A stretch of 43,057 nucleotides of DNA from Thermodesulfobacteriota bacterium (GTDB lineage Bacteria > Desulfobacterota > JAZFTZ01), in contig JAZFTZ010000166.1 in NCBI GenBank assembly GCA_036446955.1, positions 1-43,057 of the forward strand. The letters are read 5' to 3'. Both the position numbers and the translations under genes were made by a program. Numbering within the stretch: the first letter of the stretch is position 1; each line of letters begins with the position of its first letter. The notes below the pieces were generated by a model that searched no databases, was not told the origin of the DNA, and saw only the letters and a program-made list of their open reading frames with translations. This document shows, one piece after another, positions 1-7,108 of this stretch.

Positions 1-36
1 GAATAACCCTTTTCAAAGGGTTTTCCCCACAATAAC
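1..36. repeat. Copy A (cut by the window edge) of the dispersed palindromic intergenic repeat; core TTGTGGGGRAAACCC-TTTNCAAA-GGGTTYYCCCCAC
   Basis: Positions 1-36 read GAATAACCCTTTTCAAAGGGTTTTCCCCACAATAAC. The reverse complement, GTTATTGTGGGGAAAACCCTTTGAAAAGGGTT, matches 5266-5290 (GTTATTGTGGGGGAAACCCTTTTCA) almost base for base. It lies about 60 nt downstream of the stop of the minus-strand gene 95..1774. Confidence 0.6.
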
Positions 37-94
37 TTCTTCAACTGTTACCAATGTCTGAAAACAGGTCATTAATGCTGTGACGTCCGACCCT

Positions 95-1774
95 TCATTT
101 ACGGTCAAGCTCGCTTCTTAATTGGTCAGGGTCGGTGAACGGTCCCTGGCAGCTCTTTTCCCGGCAGACAAGCGCCTGGACTCGATCACCATCCCGCTCA
201 GAAAACTTTATCACTTTTCTGGGAAGGTAGTTATCCAGGCATGCCTGGAGCATGGGCCCAAAGCCAGCGCCCGCTCTATCTCCCTTGATCTCTATCTCCA
301 CCGGCCCCGCTATCAGGAAATGGCTCGCTTGGGCATAGCGGGCGGCAAAGATACCATAGTGATGCCATAAGGCCGCGAAGTACCCCAGAGAGGGCTCGGC
401 ATGGCGACGGTAAATATCCTTGCCGGTAATCAGGCTTAGTCGCAACAAGGCTTCAGCGGCCAAAGCATTCTCATTTATATTCCTCTGTCGCTGGCCCAGT
501 CGGGCCAATGCATCATCATCACAAGGGATATCAAAAAAGCCGCCTTGGTCGACATCCCATAAGTTGGCCAGCATCCAGGCGCAAACCTCCTCCGCCCGGT
601 CCAGATAAGTCCGGTCCGCGGTAACCTGGTAGGCTTCGAGGAACGAATAGACGAGGGCCACCTGGTCTCGCATCAGCCCGGGCAAATGCCCTCCGCCCTC
701 GTAATAATGGCAAACACCTTGCTTGGTATAACAATGGTCCCACAGGAAAGCCAGACAATTCAACGCCAGTTGGCGGTATCTTTTCTCGCCTAATACCGAC
801 CCGGCTTTGAGCAAACTGGTGGCCATAAGGCAGTTCCAGTTTGTATATACCACGGTATCAACAGCCGGGGCCGACTTGTTTGCCCTGGCATTCCGGTCTA
901 GCTGATAGTATTCTTCGTCCGCGTCCTGGCTTCCAAAGAAGACCCCTCGTTCACCGTCCAGCAAGGTTGACAACAGATAGTTCAAAATATGATACGCCTT
1001 TTCCCTGAAGCTGGTCTCGCCGGTAATCATAAAAGCGTCCAGGTACAAATTCAACAGTCCAGCATTGTCTTCCAGCATCTTCTCATAATGGGGTATGCTC
1101 CAGTCCTGGGTCACCGAATACCTAAAAAATCCACCCCCGTGCTTATCATATACCCCGCCCTCCCCCATGGCGGTTAAGCTCTTGGTTACTAGCTCAAGCA
1201 ACTGGGCTTCACCGGTCTCGCGCCAAGCGTAGAGAGCCAAACCCAGCGCATCCACCATGGGAAACTTGGGTGCGGTACCGAAACCGCCATGGGCCGAATC
1301 AAAGGACTGCTTCAGAGCGGCTACCACCAGGGAGAATGTCTCCAATCCCGGTTTTGCTTCTCCCACGGGTCTGTCTTGTTCCCGTTCAGGCTTCTGCTTG
1401 GCCAACAACCCCTCCAGCGCGTCAACGTTGTTGTGATAAAGGTCCTTTATCTTGGCTAAAACGTCTATCATCTGGCCTGGAGGAATGTATGTGCCACCGG
1501 CAATAACCTCCCCTTCCGGGGTTAAAAATACCGTTGTCGGCCAGCCCCCCTGGTTATAGCGGTCATTTATATCAGGACGGCGGTCGTTATCCACCTTCAC
1601 GGCCACAAAATCCTGGTTAACTGCTTGCACCACTTTGGGATCCCGATAGGTAGTGCGGTCCATCACATGGCACCAATGACACCAACAGGCACTGATGTCT
1701 AGCAATACAGGTTTATTCTGTTCCTTGGCCAGTTGGAATGCCTTCGTTTCCCAATCGCGCCAATCTATTTTCAT
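95..1774 (-). CDS. Thioredoxin-domain protein of the DUF255/YyaL (SSP411-like) family: N-terminal thioredoxin fold plus C-terminal (alpha/alpha)6 six-hairpin domain
   Basis: The 559-aa ORF has an N-terminus (KPVLLDISACWCHWCHVM...VKVDNDRRPDIN...GGWPTTVF) typical of YyaL-type proteins. Its start overlaps the upstream regulator stop (ATGA, 1771-1774). Confidence 0.85.
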   Translation of the reverse strand: MKIDWRDWETKAFQLAKEQNKPVLLDISACWCHWCHVMDRTTYRDPKVVQAVNQDFVAVKVDNDRRPDINDRYNQGGWPTTVFLTPEGEVIAGGTYIPPGQMIDVLAKIKDLYHNNVDALEGLLAKQKPEREQDRPVGEAKPGLETFSLVVAALKQSFDSAHGGFGTAPKFPMVDALGLALYAWRETGEAQLLELVTKSLTAMGEGGVYDKHGGGFFRYSVTQDWSIPHYEKMLEDNAGLLNLYLDAFMITGETSFREKAYHILNYLLSTLLDGERGVFFGSQDADEEYYQLDRNARANKSAPAVDTVVYTNWNCLMATSLLKAGSVLGEKRYRQLALNCLAFLWDHCYTKQGVCHYYEGGGHLPGLMRDQVALVYSFLEAYQVTADRTYLDRAEEVCAWMLANLWDVDQGGFFDIPCDDDALARLGQRQRNINENALAAEALLRLSLITGKDIYRRHAEPSLGYFAALWHHYGIFAARYAQASHFLIAGPVEIEIKGDRAGAGFGPMLQACLDNYLPRKVIKFSERDGDRVQALVCREKSCQGPFTDPDQLRSELDRK

Positions 1775-2403
1775 AGGCCACTCACCTGGTAAACGCAGGC
1801 CCTATCCCCTCGAGAGAGGGAGGATAGCCTTTCGACCTCGGTTCCCAACAGTCTAGCCCAGAGCTTTTCTTCCAGGCAACAGAACTGGTCATACCTCCGG
1901 GCCACGGCCAGGAAAGGACAGTTGCGGAGTCTTAGGATAGCTGGGCCATCTTTTCTCCGTACCCAGTGGGCCATATGCCCTTGCTCGTTAAGAAGCTCGG
2001 TAAGCCGGGCCAGCTTCTCAGCCGGGCTATCACCATATACCCGCGCTCGCCAGTTAAGAAAAAGACCATCTGCCCGCCTCTGAAATAGCTGGTAAAGCTT
2101 TTGCCCACCTTCCCAACTTCCAATCAGATCAAGGATCTCCAGCAGAAGCCTATCATAACCTCGGGGAAAGGTCTCCTCCCCCTTGGTTGTCAAGCTGTAG
2201 ATAAAGCTGGGCCGGCCTAGCGGTAACCGTTTTAATTCTAGCTTGGCCAACCCCTCGCCCTCCAGCTTGGTCAAATGCCTGCGGGCCGCCGCGGGCGTGA
2301 GCTTCAATAGTTCAGATAATTCGGCCGCGTTGAGGCCCTGACTGCTTGCTTTAAGCAGCTCCAGGATGCTTTGCCTGGTGGTTGTTTTTTTGCTCCCCTC
2401 CAT
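1771..2403 (-). CDS. Winged-helix (ArsR/SufR-like) transcriptional regulator with a C-terminal Cys-rich sensor region
   Basis: The N-terminal HTH (RQSILELLKASSQGLNAAELSELLKLTPAAARRHLTKLEGEGL) is followed by C-terminal Cys residues (NCPF...FCCLE...ACVY), resembling SufR-type Fe-S sensing regulators. The ORF track starts at a TTG (2442) with no RBS, so I prefer the ATG at 2403 (MEGSKK...). The start remains uncertain. Confidence 0.7.
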   Translation of the reverse strand: MEGSKKTTTRQSILELLKASSQGLNAAELSELLKLTPAAARRHLTKLEGEGLAKLELKRLPLGRPSFIYSLTTKGEETFPRGYDRLLLEILDLIGSWEGGQKLYQLFQRRADGLFLNWRARVYGDSPAEKLARLTELLNEQGHMAHWVRRKDGPAILRLRNCPFLAVARRYDQFCCLEEKLWARLLGTEVERLSSLSRGDRACVYQVSGL

Positions 2404-2453
2404 TTTCTTACTATCCCAGCTTTTAGATACTTTATCAAGCAAAAAGTATTTTT

Positions 2454-2470
2454 AATTGTGCTTGACAATT
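2454..2470. promoter_or_regulatory. Inverted repeat AATTGT-N5-ACAATT overlapping the -35 box; candidate operator for the divergent regulator
   Basis: AATTGTGCTTGACAATT was read directly. It lies in the divergent intergenic region between the regulator and the rubrerythrin-like gene. Confidence 0.3.
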
Positions 2471-2490
2471 GGCGGGTGGGCTGTTACATA
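2462..2490 (+). promoter_or_regulatory. Sigma70-type promoter TTGACA-17 nt-TACATA(AT)
   Basis: TTGACA is at 2462-2467 and TACATA at 2485-2490, with a 17-nt spacer. A GAGGAGG RBS lies 5-6 nt before the ATG at 2525. Confidence 0.6.
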
Positions 2491-2524
2491 ATTAAAAAAG
2501 TAATATTCTTCTGAGGAGGCAGAG

Positions 2525-3022
2525 ATGTCGGTAGATGAAACCCTTAAAGACCTAATTATCACCGCCATGGGCGCGGAAAAGTACTCTCTGGAATTCTACC
2601 TGAAGGCGGCGCAAATTGCCCGCAACGACCGTGCCAGGAGGATGTTTGAAAACCTAGCTGTTGATGAACTTCATCATTTCATTATCATAATCGACCGCTT
2701 TTCCAGACGGATGCTCGCTGAGATAAGCAAGTCTCTGGGCAAAAAAGGGGTTGATTTCGTGGAGAATACTCCCCGAGCCAGCACCTTAGCTCGAAAGGCC
2801 CGCAACGAACTGGATGTCCTCAAACTGGGGCTAGAAAGGGAAAAGATGGCTATTCAGTTTTACCAGAATGGAATGGCCAAAGTGGATGATACGGGGCTGA
2901 AAGAGGTTTTCACGGAACTGTTAGAGTTTGAGCAAGGCCACCTCAAGATCCTGGACGCGGAGTTCTGTCATCTTTCCGGGGTTCCCCACGAGGCTGAGGT
3001 TCATACCTATGTGCGCGAGTAA
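2525..3022 (+). CDS. Ferritin-like diiron protein, rubrerythrin family (no rubredoxin domain)
   Basis: The 165-aa ORF has two E...ExxH half-sites (EKYSLEFY...DELHH and LEREK...EFEQGH), a strong RBS and an upstream promoter. Confidence 0.75.
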   Translation: MSVDETLKDLIITAMGAEKYSLEFYLKAAQIARNDRARRMFENLAVDELHHFIIIIDRFSRRMLAEISKSLGKKGVDFVENTPRASTLARKARNELDVLKLGLEREKMAIQFYQNGMAKVDDTGLKEVFTELLEFEQGHLKILDAEFCHLSGVPHEAEVHTYVRE

Positions 3023-3027
3023 CTGCT

Positions 3028-3077
3028 TGACCCTGCTGTGGTGGCCTCGGGCGGATGACATCCCGCCGGCGGGGTCA
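3028..3077. terminator. Nested GC-rich hairpin between convergent genes (no U-tract)
   Basis: The outer stem is TGACCC (3028-3033) paired with GGGTCA (3072-3077). The inner stem is GGCGGAT/ATC(C)CGCC at about 3050-3067. It sits between the stops of the + gene (3022) and the - gene (3144). Confidence 0.3.
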
Positions 3078-3143
3078 TGGTCAAAGTGGTTCCTCTAAAA
3101 GGCCTTTTATCTCTCCAGGGTAAACTGCCCGAGCCGAACCGTT

Positions 3144-3695
3144 TCAGCTCTCGGAGGGTTCGGCGGTTAACTCGGGGTTGAGCCCTCTTTTGCTGATGCT
3201 TACTTCGAGGATGCCGTTTCTAAAGCTCCAGCTCAGGATTTGCCCTTTGGAGGTGTTGGGAAGTCTAACCCGCTTGATATAATTATGTTGTGGTCCAAGG
3301 GCTGATATAAAAAGCTTATCGCCTTTGATCTGGATTTCCGTCTTATTTACATCCGCGCCTGGGACCTCGGCCATCACCACCAGGACATCTCCTTCATCGG
3401 CCAAATCTATTAAAGGCTCTCTATGTTTGAGCATCATGTGCCCATCCTGGCCCTCGGTGATATTCCCAAAGGTCTCCATTTTTAGCCTCGAACCCCTACT
3501 CCCATCAGATCTCATAGTAAATCCATAGACAGCCCGCACACCAAAGATGGGCTGAGGCTGGATTTCTTTCTCTGCAGATAAAGGGGCATGTTCATTCTTT
3601 AGCATGTGGGAGATGAGGTCCATGAAGTTTCCTAATCCGCGAAAAAAAGGAGCCAAGCCAGAGTAAAAATGGACATAAGTTTTGTCCCGGTTCAT
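3144..3695 (-). CDS. Hsp20/alpha-crystallin family small heat-shock protein with a roughly 90-aa N-terminal extension
   Basis: The C-terminal alpha-crystallin domain reads EPLIDLADEGDVLVVMAEVPGADVNKTEIQIKGDKLFISA...RVRLP...SFRNGILEVSI. An AAAGGGG RBS lies about 7 nt upstream of the ATG. Confidence 0.75.
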   Translation of the reverse strand: MNRDKTYVHFYSGLAPFFRGLGNFMDLISHMLKNEHAPLSAEKEIQPQPIFGVRAVYGFTMRSDGSRGSRLKMETFGNITEGQDGHMMLKHREPLIDLADEGDVLVVMAEVPGADVNKTEIQIKGDKLFISALGPQHNYIKRVRLPNTSKGQILSWSFRNGILEVSISKRGLNPELTAEPSES

Positions 3696-3808
3696 TTTTT
3701 CCCCTTTTAACAGGCAAGTTTAGTCAGGTTGCTTCCAAACCCAACTAATCGATGACAAGCTGAGCCGACGTCATCCATGCACTACTTAATTCTTTAACCC
3801 CCTCTCTG

Positions 3809-3823
3809 GCATTTTCTGTGCCA
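3809..3823 (-). promoter_or_regulatory. Sigma54 (-24/-12) promoter, TGGCAC-N5-ATGC, upstream of hsp20
   Basis: The minus strand reads C-TGGCAC-AGAAA-ATGC-C with exact GG-N10-GC spacing. It lies about 115 nt upstream of the hsp20 ATG (3695). Confidence 0.6.
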
Positions 3824-4071
3824 GAATCAAGGGTAATCAGAAATGGCAGGGGAGGTACAGATGGATATTCTCTTGAGGGCACTAAATTCAGCAATGATAA
3901 GGGGAAGGTAAGCCCTGCCGGCTTCAAGTTCGGTCAAAAAGGGCACCGGGAAGAAAAAGGCCTGGATGGAGCCAGCAAAATTTTGAAATCCAGAATAACC
4001 AAATTGATGCAAACCCAGCCCGGGGCCCTTGGTTTGAACCGATTTTGATCAGGCTTATAGATCTCAGCGAA

Positions 4072-4476
4072 TCAGGGAAGAATCTCTATGGATAGCAGGT
4101 CGCCATCCTTAACTCCCAAGGTCTGTTTGATGCTCACCGGAGCTACGATCTCCATCTTTTCCACTGGGTAGTCTGCCACATGGGGAAGGATAAGCGCGCC
4201 GGGTACCTTTCCTTCGACCAAGACCCTGAAGCATTTGGCGGTGCAGAAATCCTTCTCTTGAGGAGTAATCTCTATGCCCGCCATCTCCCGCAAAGATTTC
4301 AAATGAGCTAGCGATTCGTCATCGTCGGCCCGGAGGTTCAACGTTCCCGGGAAAGGGTCAATAGCTAACTTTTCCTGGAATTGACGCTTTACCCAATCTA
4401 TCTGGACAAAACCGCCCGCTTCACCCAAATCGGTATAAATAACCCCCTTCACTATCATAACCAACTCCTCAGTCAA
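4072..4476 (-). CDS. ribK: CTP-dependent riboflavin kinase, archaeal type (DUF120/RibK family)
   Basis: The 134-aa ORF aligns by eye to the MJ0056 family: GV..DLGEAGGF, LAIDPFPGTLNLR, GALILP...EKMEIVAPVSIKQTLGVKDGDLLSI. Its ATG overlaps the upstream HAD gene stop by 8 nt. Confidence 0.85.
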   Translation of the reverse strand: MTEELVMIVKGVIYTDLGEAGGFVQIDWVKRQFQEKLAIDPFPGTLNLRADDDESLAHLKSLREMAGIEITPQEKDFCTAKCFRVLVEGKVPGALILPHVADYPVEKMEIVAPVSIKQTLGVKDGDLLSIEILP

Positions 4477-5146
4477 GCAACTCTATCACCTCGGCCAACT
4501 CTCCTACATCGTTAACCACCATATCAGGCCCCAGATCAGCCAGTATTTCTCGTTTGCTGGTGCCGGTAAGCACGCCCACAGTGAACGTTCCAGCCGCCTT
4601 GCCCGCCATGACGTCCACCGGGGAGTCACCTACATAAACTGCCTCAGCCGGCTGGCATCCGAGTTGCCTTAAGCATTCCAAAATACCATCCGGAGCCGGC
4701 TTTTTCACCGGCACCTCTCTATGGGTTATTATCACGTCTATATACTCACTCAGGCCATGCCGTTTCAGAAAACCAACACTGAACGTTCCCCAGGAAGCGG
4801 TTACAATCCCGACGGGAAATCCGCGCGATTTTAAATTTTTTAGTACGCCAAGGCTACCATCTATAAGCTTCAATTGCCGGCCGAAGACCTGCTGGACCAC
4901 CTCTTTATCGATCTTCCGGCACTCCTCTATTATCTGCTCCCTATCATCCCGGTCGTGGGGGACCAGACTCTCCCAGGGGTTTTTAATATATTGCATCACC
5001 TTCAGCACTTCCTCTCGCTCAGGTAAAGCAAGACCAAGCCGTCCAAAAACCGTGTTTACGATCCCCAAATAGGCGTCAATCGAATCTATAAGGGTGCCAT
5101 CAAGGTCAAAAAGCACCGCCTTAACTTTTATCTTTTCCCTCGCCAT
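4469..5146 (-). CDS. HAD-superfamily phosphatase (phosphoglycolate phosphatase-like subfamily IA)
   Basis: Motif I is VLFDLDGTLIDS, motif II GIVTAS, motif III K...GDSPVDVMAGKAAG. The ORF was trimmed from 5239 to the ATG at 5146 (MAREKIKVKAVLFDLDG), which has GGAGAG about 10 nt upstream. Confidence 0.85.
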   Translation of the reverse strand: MAREKIKVKAVLFDLDGTLIDSIDAYLGIVNTVFGRLGLALPEREEVLKVMQYIKNPWESLVPHDRDDREQIIEECRKIDKEVVQQVFGRQLKLIDGSLGVLKNLKSRGFPVGIVTASWGTFSVGFLKRHGLSEYIDVIITHREVPVKKPAPDGILECLRQLGCQPAEAVYVGDSPVDVMAGKAAGTFTVGVLTGTSKREILADLGPDMVVNDVGELAEVIELLD

Positions 5147-5265
5147 TTCCTGCTCTCTCCAATATCGGTTAGCAAAGGCCAGCTTGTTCAAAATATCACA
5201 TCGCCGGATCGACAAGCAATGAAAAAATATCCCTGCCAACCTCCCCGGGGGATGGGGTCAAGGTT

Positions 5266-5303
5266 GTTATTGTGGGGGAAACCCTTTTCAAAGGGGTCCC
5301 CAC
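5266..5303. repeat. Copy B (full) of the palindromic intergenic repeat
   Basis: The sequence is GTTATTGTGGGGGAAACCCTTTTCAAAGGGGTCCCCAC. The arms GTGGGGGAAACCCTTT and AAAGGGGTCCCCAC are near-perfect complements. It ends 21 nt upstream of a -35 box. Confidence 0.7.
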
Positions 5304-5324
5304 GCAAAGGGGGTAATTTTGCGG

Positions 5325-5353
5325 TTGACACCATCGTTCAGGGCGACTATAAG
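5325..5353 (+). promoter_or_regulatory. Sigma70-type promoter TTGACA-17 nt-TATAAG
   Basis: TTGACA is at 5325-5330 and TATAAG at 5348-5353. This would give a leader of about 170 nt before the SBP ATG at 5529. Confidence 0.55.
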
Positions 5354-5528
5354 GGTATAGAGGTTGGGCACAAGTTTTCGATTGGGCCCGCAGTCGGTCA
5401 GATCCTGGCCAAACTTATTCGCCAGACGTTAAACAAGCAATTTTCACCGGGGAATTGGCGGGTGGGCAAGTTGGTATCTGGCTAGTTTATCTAGTTCAAG
5501 CATTTTTTGGGTAAAAGGAGGAGCCAAG

Positions 5529-6494
5529 ATGAAAAAAGGAGTTATTTTCCCCCAGTTGGCAATAGCGGCAGTCGCCTTCCTCATTTTCTCCTTAAGCGCA
5601 ATCCCTGCCATGGGACAGCAGAAGATAATCTTTTCCACCCCGATAAGGACCGCGGTTCACGCGGACCTTCCCAGTGCCGCGGCTGAGCAGCAGGGGTTCT
5701 GGAAACAGATGGGCCTCAATGTACAGTGGATACCCTTCGGATCGGGGCGGGCCCAATCGGATGCGCTGGCCGCGGGCGCGTCGAATGCCGGCATGACTCT
5801 TTCTACATCAGGCATAAGAGGGTCGGCGACCGGGATACCGATAATGATCGTGGCAGATGTAAAGCTTAGGAACGATTTCTTCGTCTGGGTGCCGGTAAAG
5901 AGCCGAATAAGAAAACCCCGCGACCTGAAAGGGACAAAGATAGGCGTGCCCCGACTGGGTTCGGCGGCCCATGCTTACGGCACCGCATTGGGCAAAAAAC
6001 TAGGTCTGGGAAAGGAGATGCGAATAGTGGGAACCGGTGGCGTACGGGCTGCCGTGGCCGGGCTCAGGAAAGGGGCTATTGACGGGGTGCTGCTTACCCA
6101 GTTTATCATGTTTCGCCTGAAGCATACGGGCGTGGTGAGAGACTTGGTATCCTTGCGGGATTACCTGCCCAAACAGTGGATGGACAACGTCATAGTCGCC
6201 CGCAAGGACTTTGCCGCCCAAAGGCCCAGTGATCTTAAGAAGTTGCTCAAAGGCTACAAACTGGCCACCAAGTTTGTCATGAAAAACCCCGACTGGGCGG
6301 TCAACAGGATGAAGACCAACCTGAGGTATACCGAGAGTGCAGCTCGAGCCATCTTTCCCCTATTGCGCTGGGGAGATGATTGGAAGACTGACCCTAAGGC
6401 GCTAAAAAACGTCAGAGACTTCTTGGTGGAGTACGGAATACTCAGAAAGAGCCCCAAGCTGGAAACCCTATACAGCAACGAATTCGTGAGCTAG
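5529..6494 (+). CDS. ABC-transporter periplasmic substrate-binding protein, NMT1/THI5-like (NitT/TauT family)
   Basis: A signal peptide (MKKGVIFPQLAIAAVAFLIFSLSAIPAMG) and a strong AAGGAGG RBS are present. The family call comes from overall sequence character. No permease or ATPase gene is adjacent. Confidence 0.75.
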   Translation: MKKGVIFPQLAIAAVAFLIFSLSAIPAMGQQKIIFSTPIRTAVHADLPSAAAEQQGFWKQMGLNVQWIPFGSGRAQSDALAAGASNAGMTLSTSGIRGSATGIPIMIVADVKLRNDFFVWVPVKSRIRKPRDLKGTKIGVPRLGSAAHAYGTALGKKLGLGKEMRIVGTGGVRAAVAGLRKGAIDGVLLTQFIMFRLKHTGVVRDLVSLRDYLPKQWMDNVIVARKDFAAQRPSDLKKLLKGYKLATKFVMKNPDWAVNRMKTNLRYTESAARAIFPLLRWGDDWKTDPKALKNVRDFLVEYGILRKSPKLETLYSNEFVS

Positions 6495-6500
6495 TCTGGC

Positions 6501-6560
6501 CCAGGGGGACGGGCCCACGGCCCCGCCCCCCTGGAAAGACTCTGGGTTCTCCCCCACAAC
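6501..6560. repeat. Composite repeat: GC-hairpin module plus half of the palindromic core; terminator-like position after the SBP gene
   Basis: The hairpin CCAGGGGG-AC-GGGCC-CAC-GGCCC-CG-CCCCCTGG spans 6501-6534. It is followed by GAAAGACTCTGGGTTCTCCCCCACAAC. The same modules recur at 13023-13058, 20883-20934 and 25541-25581. Confidence 0.6.
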
Positions 6561-6571
6561 TTTTATCTTAG

Positions 6572-7108
6572 ATGAAAAGCAACCTCCTTTTGACCGGCTT
6601 GCCCGGGGTGGGGAAAACTACCGTTATTCAGAGGGCAGCTTCCCGGTTTGAGCCCCGGTTTTTGGCCGGTTTCTATACCCTGGAGATAAGGACGGATGCC
6701 GGGCGTCAGGGGTTTGCCATAAGGACATTTGATGGGGATGAAGCCATACTTGCGCACCGAGATTCCAAAACCGGGCCGGCTGTCGGCCGTTACCGGGTGG
6801 ACCTGGCTGCCATAGAAAAGGTGATTGTACCTTCTCTTCGACCTAAGGGCCGGGACACAAAGCTGATTATCATTGACGAGATAGGGAAGATGGAGTGTTT
6901 ATCTCCGGCCTTTTGCCAGGCGGTCCTGGCTGCGCTGGATGGGACTTTGGACGTTTTGGGTACTATCCCTCGCCACACCGGGGGCTTTATTCAGCAGGTC
7001 AAAGACAGGAAGGACGTACTTATCTTCGAAGTGACCCGCTCCAACCGCGGCCTTTTGCCAGAGAATATACTAGCCACCCTAACTGGAGGTTTTATCTCCC
7101 CGGACTAG
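6572..7108 (+). CDS. Nucleoside-triphosphatase of the THEP1/NTPCR family (PF03266-like)
   Basis: Walker A is LLLTGLPGVGKTT and Walker B is LIIIDEIGKMEC. The size (178 aa) and layout match Aquifex THEP1 and archaeal NTPases. Confidence 0.85.
   Translation: MKSNLLLTGLPGVGKTTVIQRAASRFEPRFLAGFYTLEIRTDAGRQGFAIRTFDGDEAILAHRDSKTGPAVGRYRVDLAAIEKVIVPSLRPKGRDTKLIIIDEIGKMECLSPAFCQAVLAALDGTLDVLGTIPRHTGGFIQQVKDRKDVLIFEVTRSNRGLLPENILATLTGGFISPD

Noticed and set aside
3097-3108. The perfect 12-nt palindrome AAAAGGCCTTTT, considered as a bidirectional terminator.
   Set aside because: It leaves no loop nucleotides, so it cannot form a stable RNA hairpin. It was noted only as a possible protein site.
3818-4048. 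Small ORFs in the hsp20 upstream region: 76 aa on the + strand, plus 60 and 61 aa on the - strand at 3745-3927 and 3827-4012.
   Set aside because: They have no RBS, overlap each other in different frames, and show no recognisable domains. The region is better explained as a promoter/enhancer region.
5147-5239. A 31-codon N-terminal extension of the HAD ORF. Analogous extensions exist at 15091-15150, 19411-19524, 11370-11426, 25076-25096, 26963-26992, 36523-36546 and 40509-40574.
   Set aside because: The homologous protein families start at the internal Met. The internal starts give stop/start overlaps or short gaps with upstream genes and better RBS context.
5147-5324. Looked for an FMN (RFN) riboswitch upstream of the HAD-ribK operon.
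   Set aside because: No conserved RFN core (the GGGCGGGGCGAAATTCCCCACCGGCGGTA-like segment) could be recognised on the minus strand. The GGGG/CCCC runs present belong to the palindromic repeat.
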